Assembly (NCBI RefSeq): GCF_000002075.1
Contig: NW_004797350.1
Location: forward strand, 1,483,107-1,547,106
Direction: 5' to 3'
Source of the DNA: Aplysia californica
Taxonomy: Eukaryota
DNA length: 64,000 nt
Numbering within the stretch: the stretch's first letter is position 1; every line of letters begins with the position of its first letter. Under the pieces are notes generated by a model. It was not told where the DNA came from. It worked only from the letters and a program-made list of their open reading frames with translations, and made no database searches. Shown piece by piece: positions 38,201 through 50,400 of this stretch. Position numbers and translations under genes: made by a program.

Positions 38201-41200
38201 ATGATTAATGTGTGTGTCTTGTCTGCTAGATAGAGATCTTGCTTTGTACCTTAGAAGCTAGTTCTTTTTACTTGTTTCAAAGTAATGGTTATACATAATG
38301 GTCTCTCTGGTCAGTGTGATAACGACCAAGGTGTAAGATTTATTTCCAAATCAAAACTTTGATTCTATGTTCATTCAGTCTGCGTTTTCTTTCTTTCTTT
38401 CTTCCTTTTTTCTTCAGTTAAAAGACATTGAATCCACAATAAAATTGTTGGTTTTTCCTTTACCTTTTCATCCTCTCTCATCTATCTCTTAAAACAAACT
38501 TTTTGTGGATTTAGCGTCTTAAATAAATTAGCTATACGTGCTAAAAATCAAAGGTCCGAGTTGTTTCTCTCTAGGTTAATTTTTCTTATGTGTCCTGTAA
38601 GGACTATATTTGTTTGAAAGTTAAAAAGTTTTTTGACGTGCGCAGAGTGTATGTGTGCCAGTACATTTTCCTGATTGTCGGGTCTCTTCTTTTTTTTCTT
38701 TCTAATATTGTTGGAATGTTTTGATTTCCTTACAGCAGTGAGCTAATTCGCTGACATTCCACTCTAGCTCGGTTCTCCTTCCTCAATTATCTTGGTTGTT
38801 TGTCTAACCAAGAGATGTTTTGTTTCTTAGTGACGACAGCACCTCGCATCCGCGCTCCGATGACCATCACTCCCGTGTCCAACACCATCCGCGTTGCCAC
38901 CCCACAGCTCCCCACCATCAGCCAGGGTGTTCAGAGGGCTGGAGCAGTTGTTGCCACAGTGAGTCCACCTTGTTTTGTGGTCCTTGTGTTGTGCCCTTGG
39001 ATGGGAATTCTTTGGGGGGGGGGGGAGGGTTCTGGTTGATCAGAGGAGTGTTCTTATGCCATGTTCGCTGTGGAGGCACAGAAATTATTCTCAAATACTG
39101 AGGAAGCGGCATTTATAGGATAATAGGAGCAGCTTCAGATTCTGAGATGTGTTTCTAAAGATAAAAGAGAAGGAATAGTTAATTTGTTTGTTCAGTTATG
39201 TTTTTATAAGTATTGTCATGGGTATAGGTTGGTTTAGTTTTGAAGGGATGGGTGGGTTCATACAGTTTTCAAGCGAAGACTTTAACTCTTTCTGGACGTG
39301 CTGTGAGTCCACACCCCTTGCGGACGTATCGCTGATATATCGGCTGTGATAGGGTGCCTCAGTATTGTTTCGTTTTAACAAGGTCCGTCATTTATAATTA
39401 CTTTTTGTTGCTATTTAAAAACTCGGAAAAGATTTAGGAAACAAAAACATCTAGTTTCACTTTGCCAAAGCGTGGGTTTAGGGAAAAATGAATGGATTAG
39501 TTCTTGCGGTCTTGCATCAACAAAACGGTGTAAGCGGACTCAGTATAACTTTCATAAATCAAACAAAAATTAGAATATATTGCTTTCAAATAAAAGGCTG
39601 CGCATTCAGAAATTTATGGATTATGCTCTTGGCCTGTATATGAAAAGATAGCTATGCTGATTTGCTTTCACATGTTTGGTAAATGTAATTTTTTGTGTCA
39701 AATTTTATTTTTCTCATCACCATCGCCATTTCTAACCCTTCTAATTCATACTTATGTTTAAAATTAATCCTTACTTTATAGTGGGATGTATTCCTCATTC
39801 AATGTCCTTTAATTTGATATGTTATATGTTACATTTGGGTTATGGTTATGCTTCTATGAAGTTATTTTGTACGCCACCTGCATAGCCAAATCGAGCAATC
39901 GGTTAATTATGTCTAGACCCCCAAAAAACTGTGTTGAAAGCGTTAACAAAGATCACTTTCCACAGACTTCTGGCAGTATGTCTGGCATAGCCGCCCTGGC
40001 TGCTGCAGCGGCTGCAACTCAGAAGATCCCCGGTACTCCAGCCAGCGCCACGACAACACCAGCATCTGGCATCAAAGTTGTCACACCGACAATTGTTACA
40101 CCAGGTGGCATGAAGGTGACTCCTGTTGCTGGGAAACTGCCAGGTAAGGCCTCTCATTATAGATCATTTCTTCTTGTAGTATGTCTGAGCAAAGAGAGAG
40201 CTAAAAAGTAATTCTACCAAGGGTTTGTGGACCTTGTGATTTTATTGTGGATGCAAAGGTCCCATATCGCATAATGTAGCAATGCCAATCGCCCGCTGCG
40301 CTTTGGGCCGGAAATCGGCCTCCGGGCGAGGGGTATTTTTTTGGGCCCCTCGGAATCAGAAGTGACTCTCTTCTAAGTATAGTTACGGGGAAACTCCTGG
40401 ACGAAAATAAATGAAACTCGGCAACCAACCAGAGGAAAGGTTAAACTAACGACATGCCAGCGTACAATCCCGAACGATTACTAGAACCGGAGATATTGCC
40501 GTGTTTGTGCGAATTTCCTCTGCGGTTCGAAAACTAAGCGGAGCTGTGGGTTGATCGCCGACCACACAAGCGCCCCACATGTCTTCTTTATTGCTGTAAA
40601 ATTTCAGATCTCTGGGTTTAGTAGATTTTCCGTACCAACTTAAAATTACCACCCATCCATTGATAAAACACTAGATCTAGAAACTTGATCGCGCTTTCCA
40701 AACGCGAGGTGCCGGCATGCAAGAGGCGCGTGATCGCTAGGCGGCATGTGATTGGCTGCCTATAACCAAATGGGTCACCGATGACTACATCGCGGGTTTT
40801 CCCGATAGCGCTTTACTGAGTTTTAGAAGGGGTGATCGCGTCGTGGTAAAAACGATGTCACGCAATTCAACAAATTTTACGCAAATATCAGTCTTTAAGA
40901 TCCAAAGTAATGAAGACATCGAAAAAGTGATAGCAGAACTAGATTCGGCACTAAAAAATCACATGGAGATGCCAAGTTTCATTCATATGCTCCAATTCAT
41001 TACTGACTTATGAACAGTTTTTCCTCAAAATACATCAAAACATGTCCCACATTTTGGCGATTTTTTCCTATATGAAGGTCCTCCAACATTTTGCAAACAA
41101 AAATCCCAATAACTTTTTTATTTATCAATGGATTTTTAAAATTTAAAAACCATAGTTCTTAGAATTTACTCTATTTTCATTTAAGCCCATTTTTAAGCAT

Positions 41201-44200
41201 TTTGGATGAAAATTTAATTTTTCATTGTCATTGCTACATAATGTAGACCTGCATGTTTGCCGACAATCGTCTGAAATCCGACAATCGCGACCCCGACCCG
41301 CGAACCGGCCGATGCCATCGCTAGGCCCACCTGTGTTAGTCAATGTTCGAAGTACGAGGCCTGGCCGTGTGCCAGCGACCCCTTTTTCTCCCGTCGGCTT
41401 TGTCGGCACTTTCGTTTTCGTGTCGACCGCCGACGCGCGCACCGCCGACTGCCGACGTCGGCGTTTCCGACATAATTGTCGGAACCTGAGTAGAAATACG
41501 AATACGAAAAAGTACGACGACTTAAATTATCTACTTTCAGTTTCTTGCTCGAGCGGCCATTTTGAATTTCGTTTGTTTACTGATTGTTCAGATCATGTGG
41601 ATTCTTTCAAGTCCGACTCACTTGTTCTACTCTAGATCTAGATCGAGATTTAGATCTATATAGATCATTATGGATCTCAATGGAGGATTCATATTCCAAT
41701 TCTATTGTGTCAAACCATATTATAGGTTGTGCTGTAATATTAATGTTGGTAAAACGCATTTTATCAGGTGCGTGAATTATTTACTTAGAATTAGAACAAA
41801 GATATCTAGAGATCTAGAAATCTAGATCTAGACTAAATCTAGATCTAGACCCCTAGACTCAACTGAATCCCTCTCTTCGGAATCGGATGCGGATTTCTCG
41901 TTCAAGGTCTAGATTCTAGATCTATTCCTATTCACTTGTTCTACTAGATCTAGATCTATATGGAGGATTCATAGATCTTTATCCAATTCTATTGAATTGT
42001 ATCAAACTCTAGCAATGTAGGCCATATTATTTTTATTATTATAAATGCTCCTTGTTTGTTTTGGAGTGTGCTTATTTCTTTCTTTTTTTGTTGTTGACTT
42101 GTGCTGGCCTTTTTACATGAGGGCCGTTGCAGGTTCTTTTTTGGGTTAGGCCTAGGAGTAGGCAGATAGGGTTTGGGTTAGGGTTAGGTCTCTTCTTTAT
42201 TGTGTTTGTTCGGGTGGTTGCTCGTTACTCGGAAATCCTTCCTTTTATGACACCCACAATTTAAAAGCTCTAAAGTTAATATGGGGGGGGGGGGGGTTGC
42301 GCAAAATTTTCAGACAATCTGGTTGAGGCTCACATGCAGGTCTAATAATGAAAGATGAGTAAAGCTAGTATTATCTAATTAAACCTTGTGAAGAGCAAAA
42401 GCTCAGCTGCTTCTAAACCAGTGACAACACCAACACTGAACAATGATCAGTATCATGGAAGTTTATGGATTTTTTTGTATTTTAGTGTTAAGGAGACCAA
42501 TATATATAGTTTCTTTAGTTTAGTAGAGTTTTTCGGCACTTACAACACAATAAGGTCATATAAGTGCCAAAGATTAGAAGTGTTACTAGAGCGTAACAAA
42601 CACAAAAAAGGAGGAGAGATAAGGACGATGGATGTCTGATAGGAAAGAAGCAGACCACACCAGAACACCCGCCAACCACCCGCATATAGTGACCTTGCTG
42701 TCTTCTGTCACCAGGTAGCACCTTGGCCCCTGGCACACAGACCGTGAGAGTGGCCCCAACAGGCGCCACCATCCTCAAGACGCCTGGCTCGGCCACAAAC
42801 ATCGCTGGCAAGCAGATCATCACCGTCCACAAAGCTGGAAACACCGGCTCCAGCCAGTCGCAGATAGTGACGCTGGTGAAGACCACACAGGGCATGGCTA
42901 TGGCCAGTGTGAGTGTTGTGCTCTTGTCTTTGCTTTCTGTGTTATGGGGTTTTCTTATTTTTTGTTTCTGTTATTGATTGGGGGGGGGGGGGGCATCGAG
43001 AACAGATGTTGTGTGTTGGGGGGGGGGGGGGGGTTAGAATAGAGTGAAATGTGAAAAATTGTTCTATACTTGACATGTCTTGCTTTATTCAAATTCAAAA
43101 GTTTTCGGGGTGCTTTTTGGTTTGTTTGTTTTTTTATTCTGATCTTTTTCATCATGTGTGATATATTCTGTCTTTCAAGTTAAGACAAGAATATGTATGG
43201 GAAATGTTTATGCAGTCTTTCCCTTTGTAAGAAAAGAAAACTTGAAATTATAAAAGGCGTTTCACTGAGAAAGAGAGAGATATTCTAGCTTTATCCGTTG
43301 TGCCAACAGCCCAAGAACCCCCTGCCACAAGGGGCTACCATCGTCAAGCTGGTCACCACACAGGCGGGAGGGATCAGCAAGCCGGCCACAGTTCTGTCCA
43401 CTCAGTCCAGCTCGGGACAGACACCCACCATCCTGGGCATCAGCAGTGTCCAGCCAAATGTAAGGCTTTGTCGTCTCTTGACTTGTGCAAACATTGTTGC
43501 AGTGATATTTATGTATTTATTTATTTGTTTGGTGTGTATCATCGTTGTAGGATCTTGGGGGTGGGGGGGTCTTTTTGTTTTTAAACAATAAATGTACACA
43601 AAGAGATGGCTATCATCTTTGCGATAAGTGGGTTTTTGCCGGGGATAACATTATTTCTGTTTGTTTGTCTATGAGATTTACGCTGGACAAGAAATTACAA
43701 GTATACTGTTACATGTGCCACTGGTGCTAGGAATATAAAGAAATAAACATTTTGAACTTTAGGTTTGAGCATGCTGTTAATAGTTTGTTGTTTCTTCCAG
43801 TCGAGTCCCGGACAGAAGACGCTGACCACCATGATCAGAACTATCCCAACCTCCATGCTGTCCATGGCAAAGAGCGGTAATCAGGCCATCAATGCCGCAG
43901 GAGTGACCACCACACAAGTCGGCACCAAGACTATTGTTATCGCAGGTGAGAGTTTTTTCTTGGTTGTCACAGAGAAATCAAGGACATAAGCTTTACATTC
44001 GGGTCTTCTTGACCAGTTTCTTGTTTAGTCTACTCTATTTACATCTTGTTCTGTCTGTTTTGCCGTCTTCCTTGTCTGTTTTCCAGTGAAACATGGTTAA
44101 GTTTTGCCAGCCTACTATAAACCGCAAAGGAACTCTTATTATAATATTTATAGCATCTGCGCTTGTTGACCCTTCTCTTTAGTTTAGGTTGTAGCTGATA

Positions 44201-47200
44201 AATCTTTGCATCTTTAGGTTAGTGGCATTCAAACTCAGCATTTAAGATAATGGCGCTCTTTTGTTTTTAGCTCAACAATGTTTGTTGATCTCTTTGTTTC
44301 AGCCCCCAAGGGCAGCACGGGCAGCCTGAATCAGCCCACCAAGATCATCACAAGTGTGCCCAAGCTGGCGGGCCAGTCTGGTAATACACAGTTCATCGTG
44401 GTCAGCCCCCAGAGTGTGGCGGGAGCTGTGGCAGCAGGTCAGTGCTAGGAAATTAACAACCTCGTCTTGCTCTTTTTATTTTGTACCTCAGCCTTTTCTT
44501 ACTGTTTGTGAACTATATTTCTCTCTGGTGTTTTTGTTTTTCTTACTTTTTTCATACCTTAAATGACTGTTATTGTGTGGATGTGCCTCTCTTTAAACAA
44601 ACAACTAACGTGTGAAAGTGTTGGATGAAGAATACAACTTGTACTGTATAGCCGTGTCTGAAGCGTGTTGTTTCCGGCTCTAACTCCCGTTTCTTCGTTG
44701 TCCTCCTCACAGGCAACAAGCCAGCTCAGGTGTCGGCCATCTCATCCGGAGGGAACATCATCTCTCAGGCTGGCAAACCCGTCATCACAGTCATTTCTGG
44801 AGGTAAGGATGGGAGTGTTGACTCCTAGGTTTTGGTAGTTGGGAGGTGTTCTGAAGAGTTCTTGCCTCTTTCGTTGTGGTACATTTTTATGGATGTGTGA
44901 TCCTTATTGTGAAGCCTGGCTGAACTCTCTTAACTCTACAATGACAATTAAGCTTTGTTGATATATCTCAGGGTGACATTTTACCTAAAATATCTATAGT
45001 TTGGATATATTCTGGAATTGTATTAGTGCCCAGTCCCAGGTGTACATTAGGGGAAGACTAAGAATGATAAAACAAAAGAATTTAGACATTCATGGTTCTA
45101 TTAAGGGGGGGGGGGGGGCGCTACACCCCCAAAATCAAAACTCAGCTCAAAATCATGGAATTTGAGTTGTAGGCATTTTTAGCTTCCTCAGCTTCTCCTA
45201 CAACTATTTCATGGCATAAGAACCCCCAAAAACCATATTTTTTCCCATACTGGGCCTGTTTGTAACCGCCATTTCCTCATAAAGTCAGTATTTTATTTTT
45301 CTTTATCGGCCGTTTTCTCAAAATGCGACTTTTCTCTATACTTTTTTGAATAACTCCACCATTTTGCACAGAATGAAGAGAAGAGGTAATACTAAAAATT
45401 TGTCTGTTGAATTTTTGATATATGGAATAGATTTTTGTTTATGGTGTCTGGAGTGTGGATTTTCACGGATTTTTCGCGAACTTGAATGCTACTTCTAAGT
45501 CGATTAGGGAAAAAACAACAGACAAATTTTTAGATCTAATGTTTGTGAACACGCATGCAAAAAAGCAATCAATTTCCATGAGCGATAAGTGCGGTATTCA
45601 TTACGTAAGACATGTCAATAAAATCAAATATGGCGGCGTATCAGTGGAAACGAAACTTTTTTCTCAAATTTGATTGCGGATTTTAAGACTCCTTACTATG
45701 CTTGTTATGTGTGTGAAATTTGGTAAAATTCGGTCCAGTAATAAGCGAGATGGCCTCCAGGTGTAGCCCCCCCCCCCCCCTTAAAGTTTTGTTATCGATT
45801 CTTTAGCCCCTCCCTCCCCAATTTCTCTTTGCACATTAATTGTATAAGCTCTCACAGTTTAAAATCTTCTCCTTGATTTCTCTCCCTAGGCTCCACATCT
45901 GGTACGCCCTCAGTGACTCCAGCCACTGGTCACACCCTGGGCACTTCCCCGGCCATGCGTGTGGTCAACAGCAACGCTTCCACCATCTCCCTCATTACCC
46001 AGGCCACCAGTGAGGCCGGATCAGGGGCCGCCACAGCCACCATTGGTGGCCGCCAGATAGTGACAGTCCCTGCAGGCCAGGCCGGTTTGACGGGTGCCAA
46101 GGGTCCCGTCCAGATCACCATCACTCCCGCCAACCGTGGCAACATCTCCACGGTCACACTTCCCTCGTGCATACGTCAAGTAGCTAAACCGGTCGTGGTG
46201 GGGAACCCATCGGCCAACGGCACTCAAGTTGTCAGTCTCGGCGGAATGGGCACGGCTCAAGTTGTGGCGGTGAACCCGGCCCCTGCTGCCATGGCAGACC
46301 AGGCTCAGGTGGCAGAGGCTGTTGGTGAGGCTGGAGAGGGTGACGGCCAGCAGGTACTGCAGCAGTTTGATGGAGCCGCCGATGACGATTGTCTGGAGAC
46401 GGTAATTGTTGACGAGGAGTTTACCGAAGACGAGAGCCAGTATATCACATCGCCAGATTTTTGTCTGGATGGTTGTGTCGAAGAAGATGACACAGAGTTC
46501 CGGGTTGAGGACACATACATGTTCCCAGACACGGGGGATCATGGGTATGCATATACGCATGAGGACAGGTACGACAGTGATGAAGACTTTCAGATGCCTC
46601 AGTTTGACGGTGCTGGCGAGGAAGGAGGTGAGGACGATAAGGAAGGAGAGGAGGGTGTGAAACAGGAAGGAGAAGAAGGAGGCGCGGACCAGCCGCAGGA
46701 AGCAGAGCAAGAACAGGCGGAAGGCGTGGTTGGTGAGGCAGGCGAAGAGGCCATGGAGGGTGAGGGCGCTGCGTCAGGGGAGGTCCAGCCTCCGGCTGAG
46801 GATGCTATGGAGGAAGGTGATGGTGGTGTGGCGGGAGGTCTCGATGGTCTGGTAAACCCCGCAGTCGCAGCCGACTCCACTAATGGCGCGGAGAGTCAGC
46901 AGCTGACCGAGGCGGAGTTACAGCAGCAGGCAGAGAGTGCTCTAGAGGCGTTGGCCGAGGCGGGCGGTGTGCTGGGTGACCAGGCCGTCATGGACAACCT
47001 AGAGGGGGTCCTGGCCCAGCAGGCACAAGCGGCCCTGGATGCGGCCAATCAGGCGGCCACAGCCCAGGCGCTGGGTGAGTTGGCGGCGCAACACGCTGCT
47101 GAAACCCCCGAGGAGTTGGGAGATGTCAAGCCAGAAATAAATGAAGAGGCGGCACCGACAGCTGACCACTCGACGGGTACAGATACGCCCATGGACACTG

Positions 47201-47438
47201 ACGCAGCAGACCTGGTCCCTAAGGAAGAACCTCCGGACGAGGCTCTGGCATCCCTTGCTCAGAGTCTCGCCAACGCTGCCAATGGTGGTGCAGACGGATC
47301 TGGTGAGATTTCTGTTCCGTTTTTGCTTTGTTTTTTTTTATCTTTAGAGTTGGCCTTGTGCTACAGTGGTTTCTTTAAATTGATGTTGGTTGTTTCAACA
47401 TGAAGGATCTAGTAATTGTGTGCTCTCTGGAGGATCTC

Positions 47439-47469
<31 letters not shown>

Positions 47470-50400
47470 TTCTTCTGGCGCTGTTGCTTCATGAACGGTC
47501 AGTGATGCCGACAGCACGCAGGAACTCAACACTAGCTCGGGGTCCTTAAAAAGTGTAAATGGTAAGTGAAATCTGTTACTGACCCAGAGAGCATGTTTTA
47601 CAGTCATGTCTTAGTGGTCAGGTGGTTTGGTTTTTGTTTCAAGTGCTGTTGTAATGTGAATATAATGTTCCTAGTACATGTATGTTTTGGGGGGGGGGGG
47701 TTCAAAAATTTGTTTTTAATTACCATTTTGCTGGACCCTTTTTTTGAATGACGTGGCTAGGCCCGTCTACCCTATTGTGTTGTATTATCGCTGGTCCATG
47801 AAATCCTTAGTCCTCAAAAGTCTGAAAAGCTTTTGGATACCAAAGATTTAAAATATCCACATGGTTTTTTAATTACATTGTGCACGTTTTTAATTTTTCT
47901 CAGATCCCTTAGCGACACTGGCATCAGCTGCCATGTCATCAGCCCCAGTGACGACGTTAAAAACCTCAGACGCCAGCGTGGGTGTGAACAACGACGTGGG
48001 GCAGGAGGAGGCTCGTCACGAGGTCAAGCAGGAGAAAATTGTTGTGAAGCGGGATGCCCAGCAGTGGTTCGACGTGGGCTTTATCAAGAGCACCTCTTGC
48101 ACTGTCTCCCACTACCACCTCCCCTCAGAGAACGGCCAGGGCAACACTGATGTGAGTGTAAGGATTTGGGTTTTTTCTCCTTCCTTGCTTTGATATGTTT
48201 ACTTACTCATTTTTTTTTTTGTTGTGCGTTTACATGATTGAAAATCTTTATTTGTTTTGAAAATGAGGGCAGATGAATGTTATAGTCTCTCCAGTATGGT
48301 TTTTCTGAGACTTTAAAAAGAAGAGATACTGTGCTTTCACATGCAATGGTTCTTCGAATATTTTGCCAATAGATGTTTTTACATTAACTTTTCTTTTGGG
48401 GAGGGGGGATTGTCCCTTTTTACCATGGCAGTATAAATCTTGGGTCGTCTTTTTGGATGGCCATTTAGTACAGAGGTATTCATCGATTTAACCCTATCCG
48501 TACACCTGAGGTCATTTCGTACCCCAGGGATTGCTCTTTGTTTTTTTTTCATTTAAGAATACTTCTAGTGTAAAAATTTATTTGAAACTTTCAGTATTGC
48601 TGAACTATTCATTTTTGACAGATTGCTGTGTAAAGAAAATCACACCAATGGTCTCATTCTAAAACGACCATTTTGGCACCCGATGGGGTCATTTGTGCCC
48701 CCACTCTCCAAAGAGGAAAAAAACCTCAGTTATTCTGGTATTATCCGTATCAAGCGGGGTAACAAACGACCCCAATGTATCCCCTGCATCGAGTATTATA
48801 GTAATGGCTTCGTAAAAATTTCCCAGCATCTGGATTGCTGCTGGGTATCGTTCACGCTCTTGTGGTTGAGCTGGAGATATCCGAAGGCCTACAAAAATAA
48901 TTATACAGTATAACACGGATAGGTCGAACACAGAAGACCCGAAACCACGCTTCCGTCGAACTGTGCCTGTGGTCCCGATTTTTCTTTTTCTTTATCTTTA
49001 TAAGGAAATCACGTAAAGCTCAAACACAAACACGGAATAGTCGAACTAATTACGCCGCCGTAGAGGTCGAAAGTTGATGTCCTTTGGGGTGCACTTGAGA
49101 CAGAATAACAATAATAATCACAATTTTTTAAAATATGGGAAAAAACAGGTTCGGTGAAATACCACCTCACACATATACACACACACTCACCCCTCCACAG
49201 AAGCAGCTAGCTATGCTATTTTTAGCATGCTACTCGACACACATGTGCATACCTGGGCCCTTTGTCTAGCTAGGCTGGTGAGGAAGGATTGTGCATCACT
49301 GTCTATTGTCTTGCCCCAAAGGTAGCAATCTTTGTTGCTTCCCCTGGTTCTTGATGCAGCCGATGCTATAACACTGTTCACGGATCCCTCGAACTACCGA
49401 GGCCGGTCCTGACAAATTCGAGGAGCAGTGTGTGTTATACTGTACTACGCTTTGTATTGAGACTGGTTGTTTTTTTTCTTTGCCAAGTTGCCCTGAGACT
49501 GGTAAGTAAATGAATCTCTCTAAGTTTGTTTTTATTTGCCTGTTTTAGTTCTCGCGGTTGCTTTTTCTTTTTGCCTTTGCTATCGTCTGCCTTTTCTCCT
49601 TCTACTCTTTGTTTATCAATCTTGTGTCACTCTTCCTGTCATTACAATGTCGTATTTTGGCGTACAAAGTCAAATGAATGTAGATCGAACCACACAATAG
49701 AAAATTGATGTTGTGATTGAAACTGATATTATGTAACGAAATATATAAGTTATCCCCGTAATGAATTTGCTAGGCCCAGATCTAAGCTACACTTCAGTAG
49801 GCCTATGCAGTTTTCTCGCCCCCTTTATACAGAATGCAGATCACTTGCCACCCTCTAATAATTGTAATCGATTCTAACTGCACACTGGCGAAAAAGCACT
49901 GAATACTTGTAAATCTAAACATCAAGCCTGGTTGTACTGGTGGAAAGGCAGTCGTATGTCGCTTATCTGAGAATCTGTTCGTATGATTATGTATTGCCTG
50001 CATTCGAACCAAGCTGGTGTCAAATTTGAAGAGAGAGGACTGAGGGGAGAAGGAATAGTGACAGAGAGAAGACTAAATCGTTTCTTTTTCTATTTTCCCC
50101 TCAATGTTTAGATGGAACGACATAATGTCTTCAACCAGTATCCAGTTGTATGGGGTGGTGATGATGATGATGGGTATGGACAGGAGAGTGATGTGGCTAG
50201 TGAGTCGGAGGATGATATTCTGGGAAACGAAGCAGAAAAGAGTGATGTGGAGGAAGTGAGTGGAGAAGAAGAGGTGGAAACTGAAAGCGATAATGGTGAC
50301 GATCAGCTGGAAGTGGTGTTTCAACCTGTTGAAATGGGAATGCTTGATATGCCACATGCAGCTGGGGAACCTGCATTGTCAGACAGTGAAACGGGAGTAC

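Noticed and set aside
46021-46710. 229-aa antisense ORF (also 51524-51994 and others)
   Set aside because: Shadow frames of genuine coding exons.
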